DNA from: Candidatus Latescibacterota bacterium
Lineage (GTDB): Bacteria > Latescibacterota > UBA2968
NCBI GenBank assembly: GCA_965204375.1
Contig: OZ241986.1
Location: forward strand, 6,080,001-6,144,000
Length of the DNA: 64,000 nucleotides
Direction of reading: 5' to 3'
Shown here: positions 28,344 through 35,820 of the stretch, one piece after another
Numbering within the stretch: the first letter of the stretch is position 1
Layout: each line of letters begins with the position of its first letter
Notes under the pieces: model-generated
What the model saw: only the letters and a program-made list of their open reading frames with translations
Told to the model about the DNA's origin: nothing
Databases searched by the model: none
Made by a program: the position numbers and the translations under genes

Positions 28344-29285
28344 TCAGGAAATGGCTGTTACATCCTTGCAATAGGCATCGAGGTTTGGGGCACCTTCGGA
28401 TTTTTTCCAGAAGGTCTGTACAACAAAAATTTTATTGGTTTCCATATCGGTCCAAACCCGTCCCGAAAGATTCTGGCGGGGGCGCATATTCCAAAAGGGC
28501 AAGGGTTGAAGAAGGCCTTGCCATCGACTTTTGGGGCGTCCATTGACCGAGAGTACGATGTTGGAATCCCGAGTTTGGATATCGGTTTCAACGTGAATAT
28601 GTCGGAGGTCTTTTGTAAAAAATTCAACGTACCATTCATCGAGGTCTTTGCCATTGAGGATTGTGCGTGCCAGGCTGAAGCGGTCAATATTGAGCCGCGT
28701 GCTGTCTTTTTGAAATCTCAAGCCTATATGCCCGGATTTGAGTTCAAAATTTTCGAGTTCGTATTCTGGGGGCGATTGGCAAATCAAATCGTAGAGTGCC
28801 CAGGTCAGGGGACCGCCGGGTGGGGTGTCTCGAAGGGTGTTGAGGACGAGGGGCAGAACAGGGACGAGATTTTCATCTGTGCGCCCCATAATGCGAATAA
28901 AAATGAGACGGTCCGAGGCGGGACTATACGTTGCGAGCGTGTGTACTGTGTAACGCGATTCCCACACAAAATACTGCGTGTTTTGCATGGCGGGAAGGTC
29001 GAGGTCAATGGCTTTGGGATTGCGCTCAACGCGCAGGCGGCTTTTTTGTTTTTTGGCATTTTTTGCCAGACCTTCGATGTAGCGATCTACAATTTGCGCC
29101 ACGCGGTCATCCCCTCGCGCTTCTTTCCATTCGAGTTCGAGGCGTGCAATTTGAGAATCGTCGAGGCGCACTTCGCCCGAGTTGGCCTCTCCCGATATTT
29201 TGCCCGGGTTCCATTCTGATGGTATGGTCAGGCCAATGCCATGCCAGGCAAAGGGTACGTATTCGTCAAATATGAGGTTTTTCAT
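28344..29285 (-). CDS. Hypothetical protein
   Basis: 313-aa ORF with its own promoter, immediately upstream of the PqqD gene. Confidence 0.75.
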   Translation of the reverse strand: MKNLIFDEYVPFAWHGIGLTIPSEWNPGKISGEANSGEVRLDDSQIARLELEWKEARGDDRVAQIVDRYIEGLAKNAKKQKSRLRVERNPKAIDLDLPAMQNTQYFVWESRYTVHTLATYSPASDRLIFIRIMGRTDENLVPVLPLVLNTLRDTPPGGPLTWALYDLICQSPPEYELENFELKSGHIGLRFQKDSTRLNIDRFSLARTILNGKDLDEWYVEFFTKDLRHIHVETDIQTRDSNIVLSVNGRPKSRWQGLLQPLPFWNMRPRQNLSGRVWTDMETNKIFVVQTFWKKSEGAPNLDAYCKDVTAIS

Positions 29286-29329
29286 GGTGCTCTTTCCGTC
29301 CGTGCTCGTGCGTCTGCGCTCACACAGAT

Positions 29330-29358
29330 AAGATACAAGTGGGTATTTGCGGTGTCAA
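29330..29358 (-). promoter_or_regulatory. Sigma70 promoter of the hypothetical-PqqD unit
   Basis: TTGACA-17 nt-TATCTT. Confidence 0.6.
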
Positions 29359-29447
29359 GAGAGGATATGTAGATGTATTTACGTTGTTTAGTGTAGATGA
29401 GATAGGGAAAGATAGTACATTTTTTAAAAATTATTTGAGATGAAAAC

Positions 29448-29486
29448 TTGACGGATGCACGAACGTTCACTATATTCAAATGTGCA
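29448..29486 (+). promoter_or_regulatory. lexA promoter with two candidate SOS boxes
   Basis: TTGACG-17 nt-TATATT; TGCAC-N4-GTTCA (29456-29469) and TATTC-N4-GTGCA (29473-29486) overlap it. Confidence 0.65.
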
Positions 29487-29532
29487 GGTTATTGATATAT
29501 GCGTTTTTGACTAATAAATAAGGAGGTGTATT

Positions 29533-30156
29533 ATGCGAAAAAAACTAACTGCGCGCCAACAGGAGATATACGATTTTATTGCCCAGGTGATTCGCAACCA
29601 GGGATATCCGCCTACGATCCGAGAAATTATGGAGGCTTTTGGCATTGCTTCAACCAATGGCGTGCGAACCACGCTGTCTGCATTGGAAAAAAAAGGGTAT
29701 ATTCGACGAACTGCCATGTTGTCGCGCAGTATTGAGTTGACGGATTACCAGGATGCATCGCTTTCCGGCGATGTGCGCGAAGTGCCAGTTATTGGGCGCG
29801 TTGCTGCCGGTGAACCGATTCTGGCGATGGAAAATATCGAGAGTACGCTTGCGGTTGATTCCGGGTTTGTGCCGCGGGGCGATGTTTTTGCTCTCCAGGT
29901 TGAGGGTGATAGCATGCGCGACGCCGGAATATTAGACGGCGATTTTGTGCTCGCGCGCCATCAAGAATCCGCCCATCAAGGTGAGATTGTTGTGGCTGTG
30001 ATTGGCGAAGAAGCGACGGTTAAGCGCTACTATCGAGAGGGTTCGCAGGTCAAGTTGATGCCCGAAAATGAAGCCTACCAACCCATTGTGGTGGGAGAAA
30101 GCCACGAGACATTCCGTATTGCTGGCAAAATCGTGGGTTTGATGCGGTCTTTTTAG
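29533..30156 (+). CDS. lexA: SOS repressor LexA
   Basis: LTARQ..., YPPTIREI, cleavage site VAAGEP, catalytic GDSM and TVKR. Confidence 0.97.
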   Translation: MRKKLTARQQEIYDFIAQVIRNQGYPPTIREIMEAFGIASTNGVRTTLSALEKKGYIRRTAMLSRSIELTDYQDASLSGDVREVPVIGRVAAGEPILAMENIESTLAVDSGFVPRGDVFALQVEGDSMRDAGILDGDFVLARHQESAHQGEIVVAVIGEEATVKRYYREGSQVKLMPENEAYQPIVVGESHETFRIAGKIVGLMRSF

Positions 30157-30186
30157 ACGAGGCAGAATGCCACTGCGTGATAGAAC

Positions 30187-30225
30187 AAAAGAGAGGTCTT
30201 AACAGATCTCTCTTTTTTATTTTTT
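30187..30225. terminator. Bidirectional terminator between lexA and dprA
   Basis: aaagagaggtct-taac-agatctctcttt. Confidence 0.65.
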
Positions 30226-31323
30226 TTGCCTGAAATGCATGCCCGGCAGTTGTTCGACATTGCCCTGGATTTCGAGACTCAAGAGGATGTCGAGGGTTTC
30301 TCCAGAAGAGAATCCCACAGCTTTGGTGAGGGCGTCAATATGTGCGGGGGTCACATCGGCAGATAGGTTGTCAAGAGCGTCCCATACGCGTTGTTCCCGG
30401 TCGGATAGAGAGGGTTGATGCTCGTTCCGATCCGTTGCGGGGGGGAGCGCTGACCGATGTTCAATTTCGCTCAAGATGTCCTGCGATGTCTGCACGAGAA
30501 TGGCCCCCTGACTGAGAAGGCTGTTTGTTCCCCGACTTTTGCCCGAGTAAATTGGACCTGGTACGGCAAAGACATCGCGGTTCTGGTCAAGTGCAAATTG
30601 GGCGGTGATGAGTGCGCCGCTCTGTTTGCCCGCTTCAACAACGACTGTGCCGAGGCTCAATCCACTGATGATGCGGTTGCGTCTTGGAAAGTTGTGGGCT
30701 TCAGGGCTGGTGCCCAGTGGGAATTCTGAGAAGACCACACCGCGTTCACATATTTGTTGAAATAGGGTGCGATTTTCAGGTGGATAGGGACAATCCAGGC
30801 TACTGCCAAGCACTGCTGCTGTTGCGCTGTGTTCGAGTGCCCCCCGGTGTGCATGGGTATCAATGCCGACGGCCATTCCGCTGACTACTGTTATGCCCGC
30901 TCTGGCGAGATCACTTCCCAGGCGATGCGCGGTTTCCCGTCCATAAGCTGTGAAAGAGCGCGAGCCGACAATGCTTATGGTGGGGCTGTGGCAATGGCTT
31001 ATGTCGCCTTTTGCAAAGAGCAGAGGTGGTGGGGCGTAGATTTGGGTTAGAATTTCGGGATAGAGGGGATCCGTGAGCGTGCAGATCTGGATGTCGAGGT
31101 CTTTTGCGCGTGCGACTTGATCTCGCGCCCATGTCCAATCTCGATTGGTAGAGATAGATTGTGCGGTACTGGGACCAATGCCGGGGATTTCGCACAGTGA
31201 TCTGGGAGATTGTAAGAGAATATTTTCCGGTGTTTCAAAATGCTCGAGAAGAGCGCAATAGGCAGCGGGTCCCAGGCCCGGTACCGCGTAGAGTACCAGC
31301 CAGGATAGAGCGTGGTCACACAT
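30217..31323 (-). CDS. dprA: DNA-processing protein DprA
   Basis: IVGSR, VVSGMAVGID..AH, FPRRNRIISGLS, VVEAG..SGALITA. Confidence 0.96.
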   Translation of the reverse strand: MCDHALSWLVLYAVPGLGPAAYCALLEHFETPENILLQSPRSLCEIPGIGPSTAQSISTNRDWTWARDQVARAKDLDIQICTLTDPLYPEILTQIYAPPPLLFAKGDISHCHSPTISIVGSRSFTAYGRETAHRLGSDLARAGITVVSGMAVGIDTHAHRGALEHSATAAVLGSSLDCPYPPENRTLFQQICERGVVFSEFPLGTSPEAHNFPRRNRIISGLSLGTVVVEAGKQSGALITAQFALDQNRDVFAVPGPIYSGKSRGTNSLLSQGAILVQTSQDILSEIEHRSALPPATDRNEHQPSLSDREQRVWDALDNLSADVTPAHIDALTKAVGFSSGETLDILLSLEIQGNVEQLPGMHFRQKK

Positions 31324-31362
31324 AATGTCTCGTTTGAAATGGTGGTTTTTGGGGATATAGAT

Positions 31363-31378
31363 AGCAATGTTTGTGCCA
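31363..31378 (-). promoter_or_regulatory. Sigma54 (-24/-12) promoter upstream of dprA
   Basis: TGGCAC-AAACA-TTGCT with exact GG-N10-GC spacing. Confidence 0.6.
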
Positions 31379-31381
31379 AAG

Positions 31382-31410
31382 AAAAAAGCCCATAAAATGG
31401 GCTTTTTTTC
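31382..31410. terminator. Terminator after the sulfatase gene
   Basis: aaaaaagcccat-aaa-atgggctttttt. Confidence 0.75.
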
Positions 31411-31481
31411 TTTTTGATGTGAATCTTTTGTTCACAATGTGGATGATGGGTTGAAATATTTGAAAGCTGGAAGAGGAGGAT

Positions 31482-32960
31482 TCAGTCTCTTGAATATCCG
31501 GGAATATTGTAGAGCGGAACCGCCCATCCCGCATCCTGAATTAACAAATTTGCATCCACGCTTTTGGGTTCAACTATTGCGCCAAAGTCTTTCCATTGGT
31601 TGCCATCCAGAGGTTCGGTATAGCCTTCGTTTTGGAAAAAGCCAATTAGATTTTCGCGCATTGTTTTTACCTCGGAAGCGTACAAAATATTGTACGCACA
31701 GTTGCGCGTTTCCTCTGCATCTGTGCGGTGATCGAGCAGGTATTCCTTTTGGTCGCCCGCTGAATAGATGTATTTCAAGTTGCCGTCATAGGCCATGTAC
31801 ATACCCCGTTGTCCGCGCTGAATCTGACCGTAAATCATTCGTTCACGCCCATTGCCGACGAGGTCGGCCATGTCCAGCCCGTCTAAATCTGCGTTGTGAT
31901 CGGAAATACCTGCTGCGCCCAAAAATGTGGGGATCAGGTCCATCAATCCACACGGTGTTTCTTCTATTATACCGCGGGGAAAACGCTCGGGATATCGCAC
32001 CAGCATGGGGACTCGGGCGGCTGCATCGAGAAAGCTGCGTTTGCCAAAACAGTTGTAATCCCCCAGTAGTTCACCGTGATCCGATGACCAGGCTATGAGG
32101 GTGTTGTCCAGTTCGCCCTGTTGTTCGAGTTCGTCAATGATTCGGCCCACGCTGTAGTCGATAAACGATATGCACGCCCAGTAATACCCGCGCATGACCT
32201 GCAACATGCGATTGTCCAATCCCGCATCGCGGTATTTGTATCGATTCTGATGGCGGTTGAAATGCGTCCACAGGTCTTCCATGTTATCGGGGCGTTTGGG
32301 AAAGGGCATCAAGGAACCGCGATAGAGTTTGTTCCAGGGCGTTGGCGGTGAAAAGGGCGGGTGAGGATGGATAAAACCCGACCAGAGGAAGAACGGTTTG
32401 GATGTGTCGCGGTTTTTCAGAAAGTCAATGCTGCGGTCTGCAACCCAGGCCGTTGGATGATGGCGTGCGGGCAGTTGTGAAATTTGCGGGATATAATACA
32501 TTTCTCCTCTTGCGCCCATTGGGTCATGGACATAGTCAAAGCCATGGGCGTGTAGATATTGTAGATAATCCTTTGTATCAATTGTTCCCGAGATTTCTTC
32601 CTGTACATCTCGAGCGTGAAACCCACGCAATCCTCTTCGATCACCGGTAAAGTGCATTTTGCCCACGCCGTGACAGAGATACCCGTCCTGTGCGAGGAGG
32701 TCCATCAGCGATGGGCGGTCTGTCGGTTGTCGAAATCCATTGTCAAAGCACCCATTTTTGTGCGGATACTGTCCGGTGATAAGGGATGCACGCGCCGATA
32801 CACAAACGGGCGATGGCGTGTATCCTCTGGTAAAATTCACTCCTTCATGGCACAATCGATCCATCACTGGTGTGCGAATATGCGGATTGCCAGCCGCGTG
32901 AACGGTGTCCCAGCGTTGCTGGTCGGTAAATACGAATAGAATATTGGGTTGTTTGGGCAT
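31482..32960 (-). CDS. Sulfatase (choline-sulfatase/arylsulfatase-like)
   Basis: PNILFVFTDQQR, SPVCVSARASLITG, GKMHF, SDHG. Confidence 0.92.
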   Translation of the reverse strand: MPKQPNILFVFTDQQRWDTVHAAGNPHIRTPVMDRLCHEGVNFTRGYTPSPVCVSARASLITGQYPHKNGCFDNGFRQPTDRPSLMDLLAQDGYLCHGVGKMHFTGDRRGLRGFHARDVQEEISGTIDTKDYLQYLHAHGFDYVHDPMGARGEMYYIPQISQLPARHHPTAWVADRSIDFLKNRDTSKPFFLWSGFIHPHPPFSPPTPWNKLYRGSLMPFPKRPDNMEDLWTHFNRHQNRYKYRDAGLDNRMLQVMRGYYWACISFIDYSVGRIIDELEQQGELDNTLIAWSSDHGELLGDYNCFGKRSFLDAAARVPMLVRYPERFPRGIIEETPCGLMDLIPTFLGAAGISDHNADLDGLDMADLVGNGRERMIYGQIQRGQRGMYMAYDGNLKYIYSAGDQKEYLLDHRTDAEETRNCAYNILYASEVKTMRENLIGFFQNEGYTEPLDGNQWKDFGAIVEPKSVDANLLIQDAGWAVPLYNIPGYSRD

Positions 32961-33142
32961 TTTTCACTCCTTGGAGAATTTTACAATTGGCGCATTATTA
33001 TATCTTGCACAGGCGGGGGATGCAAGATGAAAGTTGTGTTGTATGCGATGTGGCGTGCGCCGCTATTGTTCCTTTCTTGACAATTGGAAGACGCGTTTCT
33101 ATATCTTAGTTATAGATTGATTTTTTAAATAAGGAGAATTTT

Positions 33143-33613
33143 ATGTCCAGAATTATCTATCTCGCCAGTCCCTATGGTTTTTCGTCTCAACAAAAACAAA
33201 AACTTTTGCCCGAGTTTGTTCAGGTACTCGAGTCTCTCGGCGCAGAAGTGTGGGAACCCTTTGAACGCAATAATCAGATTGACAAGGCGCAGCCTGGATG
33301 GGCGTATCAAATTGGGCAGGCAGATGTGCGCGATGTCAAAGAATCAGATGCCATATTTGCCATTGTCAATGGTACGCCGCCCGATGAAGGTGTGATGGTT
33401 GAGCTGGGGATTGCCATTGCCTTGGGGAAAAAGACCTTTCTGTTTCGAGACGATTTTCGCCGCTGCACCGATTCAGAAGACTATGCGCTCAATCTTATGC
33501 TTTTTACTGGTCTGCCAGAACACGGCTGGGAAGATTATTATTACACCTCTTTGGATGAAGTTGCCGATCCAGATAAAGCTCTGGCGCGCTGGCTGAATGG
33601 AGAGATGGATTGA
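33143..33613 (+). CDS. Nucleoside 2-deoxyribosyltransferase family protein
   Basis: IYLASPYGF, DEGVMVELG.A.A, NLML. Confidence 0.88.
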   Translation: MSRIIYLASPYGFSSQQKQKLLPEFVQVLESLGAEVWEPFERNNQIDKAQPGWAYQIGQADVRDVKESDAIFAIVNGTPPDEGVMVELGIAIALGKKTFLFRDDFRRCTDSEDYALNLMLFTGLPEHGWEDYYYTSLDEVADPDKALARWLNGEMD

Positions 33614-33638
33614 CAGACCTGTTATTCCTGAGTATTAT
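33610..33638 (+). promoter_or_regulatory. Sigma70 promoter of the Uma2 gene
   Basis: TTGACA-17 nt-TATTAT. Confidence 0.6.
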
Positions 33639-33682
33639 TTTAATGACAACCATCATTTTACCCAAACACAACAGGTTCAGGT

Positions 33683-34231
33683 ATGGCCCTACAAACCGTT
33701 GCCACCATGACAGCCGATGAGCTTCTGGTGATGCCGCACAATGGCTATCGCTATGAACTCATAAAGGGAGAATTGCGCCAGATGGCTCCAGCGGGAAGTC
33801 AGCACGGACGAATTGCAGCGACAATCGGCATTCGACTTGGATCATTTGTCGAAAACAATGATCTTGGCATAACTTATGCCGCCGAAACCGGATTTATTAT
33901 CGACACTGCGCCCGATACGGTGCGCGCGCCCGATGCGAGTTTTGTGTCGAAAGAACGTGCGGAAGCCATAGACGAAGAAGGGTTCTTTCCCGGTGCGCCC
34001 GACCTCGCCGTTGAAGTGATTTCTCCTAATGACCGCGCGTCCGAAGTGACGGAAAAAGCATTTGATTGGCTGCGGGCAGGTGCGAAGATGGTTATTGTTC
34101 TCGATCCCAAAACGAGCACGGCAACTGTCTATCGCGGTTTAGATGATGTTCGCATTTTCACAAAGGACGACGCAATTGACGGTGGCGATGTCGTGCCCGG
34201 GTGGCAATTGTCACTTGCAGATGTGTTCTAA
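33683..34231 (+). CDS. Uma2 family endonuclease
   Basis: YELIKGEL, RAPDASFV, PDLAVEVISP. Confidence 0.92.
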   Translation: MALQTVATMTADELLVMPHNGYRYELIKGELRQMAPAGSQHGRIAATIGIRLGSFVENNDLGITYAAETGFIIDTAPDTVRAPDASFVSKERAEAIDEEGFFPGAPDLAVEVISPNDRASEVTEKAFDWLRAGAKMVIVLDPKTSTATVYRGLDDVRIFTKDDAIDGGDVVPGWQLSLADVF

Positions 34232-34266
34232 AAAAAGGGGCGACCTTTTCTGGTTGCCCCTTTTTT
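34231..34266. terminator. Bidirectional terminator
   Basis: aaaaaaggggcgacc-ttttct-ggttgcccctttttt. Confidence 0.75.
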
Positions 34267-34286
34267 GATACTTATATTATTGTGCA

Positions 34287-35648
34287 TTACCGCGCAGCCT
34301 CTATGGCCTCGGCTTTCATCTTTTCTCTCTCCACATCATCCTGCCATCGCGCTTGAATATCTTCGCGCAAACGCCAGAGTGGATCAAAATAAAAGAAAAA
34401 TGTATCGGGTTTTACTACGGGACTGATATAGACGGCGATCCCGGTCTCTCTGTTGTAATACTCATAAGAGTGCGCGTCTCGTTTTCCGCCACCGCCCAAT
34501 GTATCTACAATAAATGTGGGCATGTTAAACCCGGATGTGGTACCGCGTATGGTTTTTTCAATGGCGAGGCCATCGTCGAGCGTTGTGCGCAGGTCTTCAA
34601 CGCCGCGTACGAGGTCGTGGAAATATACGTAATAGGGTTGCACGTTTAAGTAGCTCAACCGCTTGACCAAGAGTTTCATCGTCTCGGTGCTGTTATTCAC
34701 GCCGCTTTGGAGTACTGCCTGGTTGCGTATTGTTATTCCGCGCGACTGTAGCCGATTAAGCCCGTCCTGGGTAATGCCGGTAATTTCGGCGGGGTGATTA
34801 AAATGGGTGTGCAGAACGACTTCTTTGTGCATTTTGCGCCCGCGATCTACTACGCGCGTCAGCGCATCTACCCAGGCATCATCTGTGACGAGTTTTTGCG
34901 GCATGACCGCCGGGCCTTTGGTCGCAAAGCGGAATCGCCGTATGTGGTCAATATCCAACAGGCGATTGCCCAGTTCTTCGAGTTGATCGGCTTTGAGCTG
35001 ATACATGTCGCCGCCGCTGACTACGACGTCTTCGACTTCGGGACGCGATTGAATATACCCAATCGCATTGTCCCATCGTTCGCGATTGACTCGCAGATTA
35101 ACTTTTTCCACATCTTCTGTATTCAGTCCCACGGCATAGCTGCGGGTGCAAAATCGGCAATATACGGGACAGGTGTCCAATACGAGGAATAACACGCGGT
35201 CTGGATAGCGATGTGTCAATCCCTCAACGGGGGCATCTCCCAATTCATTGAGCGAATCGAGGTGCAATTCGGGGTGATCGCACTCTTGCTCGCATCTGAG
35301 AGACAAAAATTGTTTGCGAATTGGATCGCGATACGGGTCATCCCAGTTGATCAAGCTCAAAATATACGGCGAAATCCGCACACTCATGGGCGCGTGTTGC
35401 AGGCCCGCTGCGACTTCTTGATAAAAGTCATTGGATACCCGATCCTCGAGTACTCGCATCAATTTGCCCACGCTGGTTATTGAATGGCGCATCTGAAAGA
35501 TGTGCGAGTGAAAGGTGTGCGCGTCTATGTCTGTAAAAGCGGGGATATGTCGCCAGAATTCGTCCCGACGCAACTCGCGATGCGCGAGGTCCTCGAGATC
35601 GACGGGCGGTTTTGTGCGAGGGGCATATACTTCTTCGATAACGTCCAT
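34287..35648 (-). CDS. KamA family radical SAM protein (lysine 2,3-aminomutase-like)
   Basis: GLTHRYPDR, CPVYCRFCTR, SGGD, HFNHP.E, GGGGK. Confidence 0.9.
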   Translation of the reverse strand: MDVIEEVYAPRTKPPVDLEDLAHRELRRDEFWRHIPAFTDIDAHTFHSHIFQMRHSITSVGKLMRVLEDRVSNDFYQEVAAGLQHAPMSVRISPYILSLINWDDPYRDPIRKQFLSLRCEQECDHPELHLDSLNELGDAPVEGLTHRYPDRVLFLVLDTCPVYCRFCTRSYAVGLNTEDVEKVNLRVNRERWDNAIGYIQSRPEVEDVVVSGGDMYQLKADQLEELGNRLLDIDHIRRFRFATKGPAVMPQKLVTDDAWVDALTRVVDRGRKMHKEVVLHTHFNHPAEITGITQDGLNRLQSRGITIRNQAVLQSGVNNSTETMKLLVKRLSYLNVQPYYVYFHDLVRGVEDLRTTLDDGLAIEKTIRGTTSGFNMPTFIVDTLGGGGKRDAHSYEYYNRETGIAVYISPVVKPDTFFFYFDPLWRLREDIQARWQDDVEREKMKAEAIEAAR

Positions 35649-35704
35649 CTTTCTGCCTTTTTAGTGAGATGCAAGGTGTGGTTACGCCTGTGTGCAAACT
35701 ATTT

Positions 35705-35733
35705 ATAATACACCCGCTATATATATCTGTCAA
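35705..35733 (-). promoter_or_regulatory. Sigma70 promoter of the KamA-like gene
   Basis: TTGACA-17 nt-TATTAT. Confidence 0.6.
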
Positions 35734-35820
35734 GTCTGGGCGCGGACAAAAACCTTGTCCGACCTGTTTGTTTATTTTACTTTAAAAACGCTATTGCCAT
35801 CATTCTGAACGGAATTTTTT

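Noticed and set aside
29282-29479. 65-aa ORF as a RiPP precursor for the PqqD protein
   Set aside because: It spans the AT-rich divergent promoter region, has no SD and is probably spurious
31418-31436. TGTGA...TCACA as a CRP/FNR site
   Set aside because: The spacer is 9 nt rather than 6
32780-32820. CVSAR in place of CxPxR in the sulfatase
   Set aside because: The catalytic Cys and Arg and the downstream LITG are intact; a minor variant
33143-34231. NDT plus Uma2 as a two-gene defence system
   Set aside because: Uma2 has its own promoter and both families commonly occur alone; no further support
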